Origin: Candidatus Hermodarchaeota archaeon
GTDB taxonomy: Archaea > Asgardarchaeota > Thorarchaeia > Thorarchaeales > Thorarchaeaceae
Direction of reading: 5' to 3'
NCBI GenBank assembly: GCA_048885865.1
Contig: JBHLLF010000038.1
Coordinates: forward strand, 1 to 25,483
Length of the DNA: 25,483 nt
Each line of letters opens with the position of its first letter. The first letter of the stretch is position 1. The translations under genes were made by a program, and so were the position numbers. Below are positions 7,071 through 16,158 of the stretch, in pieces. Below the pieces are notes generated by a model that searched no databases, was not told the origin of the DNA, and worked only from the letters and a program-made list of their open reading frames with translations.

Positions 7071-8604
7071 GGCTGTTCGCCTCCTCAGGGAACAGATTAC
7101 TTGTAGTAATGTCAAGACCAGTAGCATCGGAAAGAACTTCAGTCATGAATTGATAATACTCTTTCAATCTACTCTGCCTTTTGCGAAGTTTTGACGCTCG
7201 TTGCTTTCTTCTTACACTCTCTCCAATTTGCCTCAAGCAATCTTTGAGCCCCAGTTCAATTTCTCTCCTCACGACATCCACATCAGCAATGTACTCTTTG
7301 CCCACAGTTTTGTATGGGACCTTGGTGGAACAGAGATGAACAAAGAAGGCAAGGGGATCATCCTGTTTTAGACCATAGTTCTTGAGATTCAATGCTCGTA
7401 TGACTCTGCTTGAAACTCCGGAACGTTCGTCATAGAGGAGTGGAATTCGGTTTGCAAATCTATAGAGGAGGACGCCTCTCTTAATTTCTCCTCCATAAGC
7501 TACAGCAACCTCAATAATGAATGGATGTCCCTCGTGGACGCTGGGACGTCTCTGCCTCACTACAGCAATCTCAGGATTTAGCCTTTTGATACCAGTTTCT
7601 AGAAGGTCAACTCCTGCAGGAGAGAGCGACTCCGAAGAAGGAGGCTGAAACTTCCCATAAGTAGATAGATTCCTCATGACAGCAACGAGGTCATCTTCGG
7701 TCATGTTCTTTGGATCTTTTTCCGCACTAATCCCTGTTCGTTCAGCGATATTCTGGGCTGTTGTGGTGCCAACCCTTTGGAACGACCTAGTCATGAAAGA
7801 GCTGAATGTTTTACTGCGCGTGTGGGAAATCATATTCTTCAGCATCTCAACATCCACACCATGAGGATGAGGCTTCATCTCTCTTGGAGTTCGAGGTAGT
7901 TTCTCAGTCAAGCGCTTGAGTTCGAGGGTATTACCGTCTGGATCATCAAATCGCATTGATGAATAGGGAACAATGACACTAGTTTGGGTGAAGTAATCAA
8001 TGACCTTTCGTTTGCTTCTAATCCAATCTCCTTCTAGATAGTATGTTATTTTCGTACCATGCTCCATAGGCATCTTGTAGTCGCATTCGTCAACCAAGAT
8101 GACCGGTGAGTTGGTTTCTATGTCAAGCCGCATCAGAAGTCTATGCCGTTCATTAGTTCCAACCTGGCTTGTGACAATCTCAATTGGTTTCTGTGTCGTA
8201 ACCTGACCGTATAGTAGAGCTAAGCTGCCTCCCAAGCCAAATGTTCCACGACTTTGTCGTAGCGTAAATTTGGTTCCAGTCAGCATTTTGCCTATTAGTT
8301 GGGGAACATCATCATGCGGCATCCCAGAACCGTTGTCTCTGATGGTCAGACGGAATATCTCTGGTCCCGACCCAATAAGAGCTGAATAATCATCTACGAT
8401 GGTATCTCGTTCTAGGTTGATGCAAATTTCAGGTAGCACTCCAGCTGATTCGCAAGCATCTAGACTATTCTCCACTAGTTCTCTGATGGAAACATAGAGT
8501 GAACGTGCAGGATTGTCGAATCCAGCTATGGTGCGGTTTCTATAGAACCATGCTGAAACTGATAGCTCAGTTATCTCTGAAGCTTCTGGACGAAATGTAA
8601 GCAA
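7063..8604 (-). CDS. top6B: DNA topoisomerase VI subunit B
   Basis: RNRTIAGFDNPARSL..IRELVENSLDACE, DNGSG, QSRGTFGLG and HGT (GHKL motifs), PHPHGVD, H2TH-like RVG, and RFANRIPLLY..STKVPYK (transducer). Confidence 0.96.
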   Translation of the reverse strand: MLTFRPEASEITELSVSAWFYRNRTIAGFDNPARSLYVSIRELVENSLDACESAGVLPEICINLERDTIVDDYSALIGSGPEIFRLTIRDNGSGMPHDDVPQLIGKMLTGTKFTLRQSRGTFGLGGSLALLYGQVTTQKPIEIVTSQVGTNERHRLLMRLDIETNSPVILVDECDYKMPMEHGTKITYYLEGDWIRSKRKVIDYFTQTSVIVPYSSMRFDDPDGNTLELKRLTEKLPRTPREMKPHPHGVDVEMLKNMISHTRSKTFSSFMTRSFQRVGTTTAQNIAERTGISAEKDPKNMTEDDLVAVMRNLSTYGKFQPPSSESLSPAGVDLLETGIKRLNPEIAVVRQRRPSVHEGHPFIIEVAVAYGGEIKRGVLLYRFANRIPLLYDERSGVSSRVIRALNLKNYGLKQDDPLAFFVHLCSTKVPYKTVGKEYIADVDVVRREIELGLKDCLRQIGESVRRKQRASKLRKRQSRLKEYYQFMTEVLSDATGLDITTSNLFPEEANSHD

Positions 8605-8691
8605 GATTGAGTTCCCTCTGTACAGGTTGGGAACCCAAGAATCCAGCGGTCCTTTGAACCTAGGTGTTACAGCTGAAACACACTGTTAATG

Positions 8692-9579
8692 CTATAAATA
8701 TGGAACCACGAAGTAACCTACAAGAAGTGTAGACAGCAGCGAGAGTGTCAACAGGACCCAAATTGGCTTGCTCCAACGAAATATCGTGCTTCCATCAAAC
8801 CCCGGAATTGGTATCATGTTGAATAGACCAAGGAATGAATTCAACAGCATCGCGTAGATGACTATGAAGTCAATTGGGAAAGCTAGGACCCCTGTTGTGA
8901 TTACGATTATCTCGGCAGTGATGAAGAGTAGACCTGCAACTATCAGATTGGAAAATGGGCCTGCCACGGTCGATTTGGCATAATCATCAACATCTCTTAC
9001 GCCCCCAACCGCCATAACTCCAGTACCGAAAATGGGTATCGCGAATAGAATTGCGACTGCAGAGAGATAGTATCCTTGCATCGTCATACGGAAGTGCGCG
9101 TACATTCCATACTTCTGAGCAACGAACTTGTGCGCAAACTCGTGAATCATGAATGACAACCAAAAAACAGAGATTAGAGCTAATGGAAACCACCATAGAC
9201 CAGCTTGGAAGTATCCAGGAAGTGCTAGTATGCCATTGAGGATGCCGATAGGTGGTCCTCCTATAATGGATATGCTAACAAGAATGGTTAGAACTGAGGC
9301 AATCCCGAGATCTTTGATCTCTGTTTCTGTGAATCTTTTCCTCCTTGGTTTCCTCACCTTCGCCGGTCGTGGCTGAGCAATGATGTCTTCATCGTAGTCT
9401 TCATCATCATATTGGCCTGTGAATGAATCAGCGATTCTCTTTCGCGCATCATCCTTGACCTTTTGCATCGCAGCGCATCCATGCATCTCTGGAAGTCTAT
9501 GGTTAGCGCAATAAATTCCTCTACAATATGGACAAACAAATGTCAGGTCTTCTTTGCCGCATAAGGAGCAGTTGGCCAT
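8692..9579 (-). CDS. AN1-type zinc finger fused to M50 (site-2) intramembrane metalloprotease
   Basis: CSLC..FVCPYC..YCANHRLPEMHGC (AN1), HEFAH in a TM helix, AGPFSN and FNMIPIPGFDG (M50). ATG 9579 preferred over ORF start 9681. Confidence 0.88.
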   Translation of the reverse strand: MANCSLCGKEDLTFVCPYCRGIYCANHRLPEMHGCAAMQKVKDDARKRIADSFTGQYDDEDYDEDIIAQPRPAKVRKPRRKRFTETEIKDLGIASVLTILVSISIIGGPPIGILNGILALPGYFQAGLWWFPLALISVFWLSFMIHEFAHKFVAQKYGMYAHFRMTMQGYYLSAVAILFAIPIFGTGVMAVGGVRDVDDYAKSTVAGPFSNLIVAGLLFITAEIIVITTGVLAFPIDFIVIYAMLLNSFLGLFNMIPIPGFDGSTIFRWSKPIWVLLTLSLLSTLLVGYFVVPYL

Positions 9580-9715
9580 AGTTGTTGCCTCTTTGAGTTC
9601 TCCACTTCTGCCCATATTGGCATTCTTAAGAGTATTCTTAGTGGAAGCCTGCCGGCTTTCTTGAGTGGGAATAATGGGCACTTCTAAAGTTATTAAGAAA
9701 TTCCTGCATCTTAGT

Positions 9716-9730
9716 AAAGGTTCATATACT
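9716..9730 (+). promoter_or_regulatory. Putative BRE/TATA promoter of hsp20-cdc48
   Basis: AAAGGTTCATATACT within the AT-rich divergent intergenic region. Confidence 0.4.
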
Positions 9731-9763
9731 TTCTAATGTAATTTTCCAACAAACGCTTGAATT

Positions 9764-9840
9764 CTAGGCTTGTCAGGAGAGACTGCGGCCTGTATTTGAA
9801 ACGGCCTCGCATGAAGCCTAGTGTCCTGGAAAGCGGGAGG
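9764..9840 (+). promoter_or_regulatory. Structured 5' leader of hsp20 (candidate RNA thermometer)
   Basis: Perfect 8-bp inverted repeat CTAGGCTT (9764-71)/AAGCCTAG (9814-21) enclosing a GGCC/GGCC stem. Hairpin TCCTG-GAAAG-CGGGA (9824-38) overlaps the SD GGGAGG. Confidence 0.4.
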
Positions 9841-9851
9841 AAACAAGTTTA

Positions 9852-10283
9852 ATGATTGACGATGACGAATTTCAGAAGATTTTCCGTAGAATGATAGAGC
9901 AGTTCTTCGGCACCTTTGGGATGCAGCCCGGAGGAAGCGGGATAGACGGATTGTGGGACAGTCCTTCGGAAGAATTGGATGAGGTACCAATAGATCTACC
10001 TCATGAAGGTGCCAGAGTTGAAAGGATAGACCTTGGAGACACAGTCATACTTGTCATGGACAACTGTGCTATTGAAGAGGGTCTCCAAGTGACAGTCAAA
10101 GGGAGAGTCGCTGCAGTTTCCTACAGCCCTGACAACCTACTCCAGACATTTGAAACTCCCTTTGCCATTGATGCCAATCGTTCTTTTGTTTCGTGCCGCA
10201 ATGGGGTTGCTGAGATCCGACTGGAGAAGGATGAGAGTAATAAGGAATCTGATGAACTAGAGAGATTGTTGAGATTTGAATAG
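9852..10283 (+). CDS. Hsp20/alpha-crystallin-like small heat shock protein (divergent)
   Basis: Archaeal sHSP-like N-terminus (DDEFQKIFRRMIEQFFG) and C-terminal V.CRNGVAEIRL.K, directly upstream of cdc48 as is common in archaea. Confidence 0.7.
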   Translation: MIDDDEFQKIFRRMIEQFFGTFGMQPGGSGIDGLWDSPSEELDEVPIDLPHEGARVERIDLGDTVILVMDNCAIEEGLQVTVKGRVAAVSYSPDNLLQTFETPFAIDANRSFVSCRNGVAEIRLEKDESNKESDELERLLRFE

Positions 10284-10296
10284 AGGGTGTGTTTGA

Positions 10297-12525
10297 ATGG
10301 CAGAAAGCGCAGATAATTCGATTAGATTGAAGGTAGCGGCAGCAATGCCAAAGGATCAAGGTCGTGGGATAGTACGGTTGAACACAGAAGTGCGTGACCT
10401 TCTTCAAGTCCGGTCTGGAGATTACGTCCTACTAAAGGGGACCAGGGAAACCGTTGCAGTATGTTGGCCAAGCCTCAAGGAGGATGAAGTGCTTGATATG
10501 GTCCGAATGGATGGTTTCATTCGTGCAAATGCTGGAGTTAAGCTTGGGGAAATGGTAGAAGTTGGGACAACCACCGTTCCTGACGCAACTAGGGTTGTTC
10601 TAGCGCCAAGTCAGCCCGTAAGATTTCAACCGGGCTTTGAGGACTACATACAGCAGCAAATAATGAACCGGCCTATGACAAGAGGAGATATCATACTGAT
10701 AGCATCGATAGGACAGGGTCTTCAGTTCACTGCAACATCTGTGGGTCCAAGCAAGCATGTTAGAGTAACTGCATCAACAAAGCTCGAGGTTCTCACTCGA
10801 CCTGCAAAACCTGAGGAGATTTCAATACCGCAGGTGACATATGAAGACATAGGTGGTCTAAGCAAGGAGATACAAAAGATCCGAGAAATGGTTGAGCTCC
10901 CCATAAAATCGCCCGAGCTCTTTAGACGTCTCGGAATATCACCTCCAAAAGGTGTCTTGCTACATGGTCCGCCTGGAACAGGCAAGACGCTCATTGCGAA
11001 GGCAGTGGCAAATGAATCGGGTGCAAACTTCAAGACGATTAATGGACCAGAGATAATGTCCAAATTCTACGGTGAGTCTGAACAGAAACTGAGGGAGGCC
11101 TTTGAGGAAGCTGAGAAGAATGCCCCAAGCATTATCTTCATCGACGAACTTGACAGTATTGCACCAAAGAGGGCGGAAGTAACGGGAGAAGTTGAGAGAA
11201 GGGTTGTTGCCCAACTACTTGCTCTGATGGATGGACTAGCGGGCAGAGGACAGGTCATAGTAATTGGAGCCACAAACCGGGTGGATGATGTTGATGAGGC
11301 TCTAAGAAGACCAGGCAGATTTGACCGCGAGATTGAGATTGGTGTGCCTGATCGACAGGGCCGTCTTGAGATACTTCAGATTCATACCAGATCCATGCCC
11401 CTCGAGGAAGATCTTGATCTTCAAAGGTTGGCTTCAGTCACTCATGGATTTGTTGGTGCGGACCTGGCGGCTCTAGCTAGAGAAGCCGCAATGGAAGCAC
11501 TCCGCAGAGCGCTGCCTCATGTAGATCCTGAAACTGGAGATATTCCTCCAGATGTACTTCGTGATCTCTTTGTGACACAAAATGATTTCGATATTGCACT
11601 CTCCGGTATCTCACCTTCTGCTCTAAGGGAGGTGCTTGTGGAAAAACCCAATGTGCAATGGGATGATATTGGTGGACTGGAAATTGCGAAAAAAGCGCTA
11701 TTGGAGTCCGTAGAAGGTCCTCTCAAGTATCCGGATGTTTTCACAGAAATGAAGATTAGGACCCCCAAAGGGATTCTTCTCTATGGCCCGCCAGGCACTG
11801 GAAAGACTCTACTCGCTAAGGCAGTCGCCACTACGAGTGAGGCCAACTTCATCTCAATCAAGGGACCTGAGATATTCAACAAATATGTGGGAGAATCAGA
11901 AAAAGCTGTGAGAGAGATATTCAAGAAAGCTAGACAGGTTGCTCCATGTGTAATCTTCTTTGATGAGATAGATGCGCTGCTTAGTCAGCGTGGGCAGCAA
12001 GATGAGACTGGAGTGACACAGAGGATTGTCAACCAGTTCCTAGCTGAGGTTGATGGGCTTCAGACTCTGCAGAATGTGCTTGTCATCGGCGCTACGAATC
12101 GCCCAGATATTATGGATCCAGCAATGCTTCGTCCTGGTCGATTCGACATCCTGTTGAATGTCGAAGCACCTGACAAGGATGCGAGATTGGAAATACTCAA
12201 GGTGCACACAGTTGCAAGGGGCATTCCGGGTTCGGAGAACCTCGATTTGGAGAAACTTGCAGAAAAGACAGCCAACTTCTCTGGAGCTGACATTGAAGGC
12301 CTAGTAAGAGTCGCAGTGATGATTGCTGTCACTGAGGGTTCAACACCAACAAATATCCAGATGAAGGCCAGGAAAATTGAAATGAAACATTTCGAAGAAG
12401 CTCTGAAGACAGTGCGGCCCACTTTGACACCGAAAGTGTTGGAATACTATGAGAAGATTTCTGCGGCTATAGAAGGCCGCCAAATTGAGCCAGAAAGACC
12501 GACCAGATCTGATTTGTACGTCTAG
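10297..12525 (+). CDS. cdc48: Cdc48/p97/VAT-family AAA+ ATPase
   Basis: N domain (D.GRGIVRL, VRMDG..R.NAG), two AAA modules with [19 protein letters not shown] and RPGRFD, and a C-terminal LYV (HbYX). Confidence 0.97.
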   Translation: MAESADNSIRLKVAAAMPKDQGRGIVRLNTEVRDLLQVRSGDYVLLKGTRETVAVCWPSLKEDEVLDMVRMDGFIRANAGVKLGEMVEVGTTTVPDATRVVLAPSQPVRFQPGFEDYIQQQIMNRPMTRGDIILIASIGQGLQFTATSVGPSKHVRVTASTKLEVLTRPAKPEEISIPQVTYEDIGGLSKEIQKIREMVELPIKSPELFRRLGISPPKGVLLHGPPGTGKTLIAKAVANESGANFKTINGPEIMSKFYGESEQKLREAFEEAEKNAPSIIFIDELDSIAPKRAEVTGEVERRVVAQLLALMDGLAGRGQVIVIGATNRVDDVDEALRRPGRFDREIEIGVPDRQGRLEILQIHTRSMPLEEDLDLQRLASVTHGFVGADLAALAREAAMEALRRALPHVDPETGDIPPDVLRDLFVTQNDFDIALSGISPSALREVLVEKPNVQWDDIGGLEIAKKALLESVEGPLKYPDVFTEMKIRTPKGILLYGPPGTGKTLLAKAVATTSEANFISIKGPEIFNKYVGESEKAVREIFKKARQVAPCVIFFDEIDALLSQRGQQDETGVTQRIVNQFLAEVDGLQTLQNVLVIGATNRPDIMDPAMLRPGRFDILLNVEAPDKDARLEILKVHTVARGIPGSENLDLEKLAEKTANFSGADIEGLVRVAVMIAVTEGSTPTNIQMKARKIEMKHFEEALKTVRPTLTPKVLEYYEKISAAIEGRQIEPERPTRSDLYV

Positions 12526-12534
12526 TTCATTGTT

Positions 12535-12568
12535 GTGGAGAGTCCCCTGGCCCGACTCTCCACCATTT
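12535..12568 (+). terminator. Perfect 10-bp hairpin after cdc48 (terminator or processing/stability element)
   Basis: GTGGAGAGTC (12535-44) / GACTCTCCAC (12554-63), 9-nt loop, followed by a short pyrimidine-rich tract. Confidence 0.55.
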
Positions 12569-12628
12569 CCTCAGGGTCGCAACACTTTTGGCATCCCTTT
12601 GACACATCACTCTAATGAGTGACCTACA

Positions 12629-15121
12629 ATGGGGCAACGCTGGATAGTTAATCTCTGCCCATTTCTGCATTTTGACAACTCAAGAGTGCAGACGTATGAA
12701 CATAATGTCAGCATTGTTTCTTGGAATGTCAAAAGCATTCTGGACTATCTTGAAGTGAATCCAAGTCACAAATTCTGTGTGGACCAAGTGACACTTCTTG
12801 AGGGATTCAAGCGACTATTTCCCAACTACTGGGACTCCCTTCATCAAAGGGTTTTGGAGGGGAGGATTGAGATTGTGGGTGGCATGTATGTGATGCCTGA
12901 CCTCATCATCCCTGATGGAGAATCCATAGTTCGCCAATTTATGTTTGGCACTCGCTTCGTCAGAGAGGAACTAGGAGTTGAAGTGAAGACGGGGTGGGCA
13001 ATAGATTCCTCGGGTCACTGCTCTCAAATGCCCCAAATTCTACGGCAATGTGGGATTGATTCGTATGTGTTTTGGAGGGGAATGCCATATGATTCGCCGA
13101 CTGAGTTTGTGTGGAAAGGACCTGATGGCAGTCGAGTGAATGCTGTGTGGCTTTCAAATGGTTACGACAGCTCCGCATGGCTATCGGAGAATCTTAGAGA
13201 AGCTTACAGTAATCTACTCAAAGTTGCAGAATTGGCTGGAGCAAAGGCGTCATCCCAGAATGTGCTTGTGCCTGTTGGCGGCGAGCTTGTGCCTCCGCTA
13301 CCACATTTAGCTGACATTGTTTCCCACTGGAATGAAACTTTTCCAGACATGCGAATGTCGATTGTAACTCCAAGGGAGTTCACTGAGAAAATCAAAGCAG
13401 TACAAGCTTCTCTGCCCATGATGTCTGGAGAATTGGCATCTGGCCGATTCTCATCTGCGAGATCTGGCGGTTTGAGTGCCAGAGTGAAGCTGAAGCAGAT
13501 GAATCGCCAGCTAGAATCTATGCTTTATCTCACCGAGCTGTATCTATCATATACCGGTGATTTGAACAATACAAGGGTGTTGGAGAACCTCTGGCTAATA
13601 CTTCTTTTCAATCAAGATCACAATATCATTAGAGGCACCATTGCCGATGAGCCCTATCAGTTCGCTGAGCGGAGATTCAAGCAAGCGCTAGACCAGGCTG
13701 GCGAGATTCTTGAAGATGCCATAAGTGGTGTTGCATCTCAAATCTCCATTGATCCCTCCAAGGCATCATTTGTAGTATTCAATCCTCTTCCTTGGCGCCG
13801 GAGTGATTTGACTCGGCTTTCCATAGATCTATCTAAGATTCACACGCCCTTCTTTCGAATTCATGATTCAAATGGAAACAGTGTTCCGTATCAAGTAATT
13901 GGGGACATCGCCAAGGGAAGCCCCGCAGATGTCCTTATTCTTGCATCAGATATGCCAAGTCTTGGATATAGAGTCTACACTATTGAGCCCTCAGAGAAGC
14001 CTCTCGAATTTGATTCTTCATTACGCACTGGGAACAATTGGGTAGAGTCGGATGATTTCATCGTCGAATTTGATGATTTCAGTGGTGCGATGACAAGAGT
14101 GTTTGACAAACGCAATCAGTTTGAAGCTCTGCGCGGCCCCGGTAATTATCTAACAATGGAAAGTGATGTTGGAGACCTCTACAGATACGCAAGATCCACG
14201 CTTTCAGATGAGAAATCTGATCTCACAACATTGCGGCATTCAGGCAAGCTTTCAGTCGTTGAGTCAGGTCCGCTTCGAGCTACAGTAATAGTTGAGGGAG
14301 ATTTCAAGGATTCCAAGAGAGTCCAACGGGTTGTTTTGTACGAGGGTCTCCGTAGAATCGACCTTGAAACAGAACTGAATTTCAATGGCCATGGCAAGCG
14401 TGTCAGAGTCAACTTCCCTCTTACAGTACTTGCAGACAATGTGGTAGTCGGCTCTCAATTTGGTGCAGAGTCCAAGACCGCCACTCCAAATGATCCTCAG
14501 GAATGGGCTGATGCCAACCAGGGACTCTTTTCTGGACTTGATTGGGTGGATTGCTCAGGACCAGAGTTTGGGATAGGGCTATCAGCATTTGGCCTTCATG
14601 AGTTTCACTTCCGAGATGGAATGCTCAGTGTAACTCTCCTGCGAAGTGTGGAACAGCTATCATATGGGCGAGATGATGATGTTCTTGAGTCAAAGACTGC
14701 AAATGAGAAAGGCGAACATTCATTTCGGATGTCTATTATTCCACACAAGGGCTCTTGGAAACAAGCTTCAGTGTGGAAAGCAGCTGCTGAGCACAGACTA
14801 CCGTTAATTGGCTATCCGCTAGAAGCACCCGGCGGAACGCTGCCTCTTGAGAATTCATTTCTGAAAATTGAGGGAATGGAACTTGGTCTTTCCTGTTTCA
14901 AGGTTGGTACTTCCGAAAAGGAGTTCATTATTCGACTCTATGAAATGGCAGGTGAGAACGGACGCGCAAATCTTGAGTTTCCCTTTGGAGTATCCAAGGT
15001 CAGCCTGGTGGATCTCCGTGAGAATGTCATTGGAGACCTGCCAACATCTGGTTCAACTGTAACAATTCCAGTTGATGCTCACACGATAATCACTCTCAAA
15101 GTTACCAAAGCATCTCGCTAG
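12629..15121 (+). CDS. Glycoside hydrolase family 38 (alpha-mannosidase-like) protein
   Basis: HxD, GRIEIVGGMYVMPD..IPDGES..RQ, WAIDSSGH..QMPQI, EFVWKGPDGS, NQDHNIIRGT, VFNPLPW.R, TLLRS and IIRLYE give the full GH38 N/middle/C architecture. Confidence 0.9.
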   Translation: MGQRWIVNLCPFLHFDNSRVQTYEHNVSIVSWNVKSILDYLEVNPSHKFCVDQVTLLEGFKRLFPNYWDSLHQRVLEGRIEIVGGMYVMPDLIIPDGESIVRQFMFGTRFVREELGVEVKTGWAIDSSGHCSQMPQILRQCGIDSYVFWRGMPYDSPTEFVWKGPDGSRVNAVWLSNGYDSSAWLSENLREAYSNLLKVAELAGAKASSQNVLVPVGGELVPPLPHLADIVSHWNETFPDMRMSIVTPREFTEKIKAVQASLPMMSGELASGRFSSARSGGLSARVKLKQMNRQLESMLYLTELYLSYTGDLNNTRVLENLWLILLFNQDHNIIRGTIADEPYQFAERRFKQALDQAGEILEDAISGVASQISIDPSKASFVVFNPLPWRRSDLTRLSIDLSKIHTPFFRIHDSNGNSVPYQVIGDIAKGSPADVLILASDMPSLGYRVYTIEPSEKPLEFDSSLRTGNNWVESDDFIVEFDDFSGAMTRVFDKRNQFEALRGPGNYLTMESDVGDLYRYARSTLSDEKSDLTTLRHSGKLSVVESGPLRATVIVEGDFKDSKRVQRVVLYEGLRRIDLETELNFNGHGKRVRVNFPLTVLADNVVVGSQFGAESKTATPNDPQEWADANQGLFSGLDWVDCSGPEFGIGLSAFGLHEFHFRDGMLSVTLLRSVEQLSYGRDDDVLESKTANEKGEHSFRMSIIPHKGSWKQASVWKAAAEHRLPLIGYPLEAPGGTLPLENSFLKIEGMELGLSCFKVGTSEKEFIIRLYEMAGENGRANLEFPFGVSKVSLVDLRENVIGDLPTSGSTVTIPVDAHTIITLKVTKASR

Positions 15122-15200
15122 ACTATCACGTACATTCAAGATAGCCTTTTGAAGCCATGAAAACAGGGTCATAGGACGAAGACACTGATGAGGTCTGACA

Positions 15201-16067
15201 TTGAGCGATTTCTATCCTATCTCGCCTTTGGTTGGCATCACCAATACAAGCTATGCGGCACAAGCAGGAGTTATGGACGAAAAGTGGGCATGCCGTGTGG
15301 TTAGAGGCAAGAAGATTCTAGTCGAGAAGACTATTCATGACTTAGATTTGGAATCCTATGTGGGAGTAATCTATGGTCACATAAGACTTGAAGGCCTCAG
15401 CAGACATGCGGTGGCTCAATGCGCCGGCCGACTAATGCAGTTTTCGAGGAAATATCAGACTGCAGGTGTGTGTCCCAACTATGAGATTCCTGACCTTGTA
15501 TATGATGATGGCAGTTCTCCCACAGCTCCTTCTGAGGGGGAATCTGAGATTCAAGCCGAGCCTTCTACAAGTATTGATGATATCTCTCTCACTGGCGTAG
15601 GTGCCATACCCAAGCTGGAGTCCCTGAACAGTACGGAGCTCTGGAAACACGCAATCCATTCCTACGGCGTGATGTTGTCAGAATTGGCAACATATGGCGG
15701 AACTCTTCCCTCGGGCCATCTTGAGGTTATGTTTGAGAATGTGGCAAACGAATTGGTTAGAATGTGGAGCGCGACTGGTGATGGAGTTGACATTCTTTCC
15801 GGTTTTGGAAATATGATCCTCAGTTGCTCAAAAGAAGCTCAGCTTCCTGCAGCTCCAGTACACCAAATGAAGATAGAAACGGGACGTTGCGAGCTTCTAG
15901 CAATGGCCAGACAAATCGATCCCGATGGGAGGAAACTTCCAGCGGGCTATCCGTGTGCATTCCATGAAAAGGTGGCAGAGAAGGTTAGCAAACTTATCGG
16001 AGCCAAAATTGAAATCAATACTTCTTCAACTGGGTGCATTGTTCAAATTGCTCTAGACCTAGGCTAG
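15201..16067 (+). CDS. Two-domain protein with C-terminal V4R/Bet3-superfamily-like, putative Zn-binding domain
   Basis: C-terminal IETGRC...YPCAFH...IEINTSSTGCIVQI resembles V4R/HNOB-fold Cys spacing. Acidic S/P linker and an unassigned N-terminal domain of about 95 aa. TTG start after GAGG. Confidence 0.45.
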   Translation: MSDFYPISPLVGITNTSYAAQAGVMDEKWACRVVRGKKILVEKTIHDLDLESYVGVIYGHIRLEGLSRHAVAQCAGRLMQFSRKYQTAGVCPNYEIPDLVYDDGSSPTAPSEGESEIQAEPSTSIDDISLTGVGAIPKLESLNSTELWKHAIHSYGVMLSELATYGGTLPSGHLEVMFENVANELVRMWSATGDGVDILSGFGNMILSCSKEAQLPAAPVHQMKIETGRCELLAMARQIDPDGRKLPAGYPCAFHEKVAEKVSKLIGAKIEINTSSTGCIVQIALDLG

Positions 16068-16158
16068 AATATCGCCGACAGGCTTAAATCGCTCCTCCCG
16101 CCTGAGGTAGAATTAGACGAGACCGCGTGGTAAGAGTCTCGATTAGGAGCTAACTCAA

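Noticed and set aside
4181-8604. Wadjet (JetABCD) or restriction-modification system
   Set aside because: No SMC ATPase, kleisin or methyltransferase gene is present, and a genuine top6B is.
9764-9821. Possible SECIS element, tRNA fragment or K-turn RNA (ATGA and GA motifs in a stem-loop)
   Set aside because: The ATGA is on the 3' arm, opposite to SECIS geometry; there is no cloverleaf or TTC loop and no in-frame UGA selenoprotein nearby. Kept only as a structured leader.
9733-9990. 85-aa minus-strand ORF over the hsp20 start and leader
   Set aside because: Overlaps hsp20 antisense and has no recognisable features.
10297-12525. NSF call for the AAA ATPase, given the nearby SNAP-like gene
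   Set aside because: Both AAA rings have canonical Cdc48/VAT motifs and there is an HbYX tail, so this is an ordinary archaeal Cdc48.
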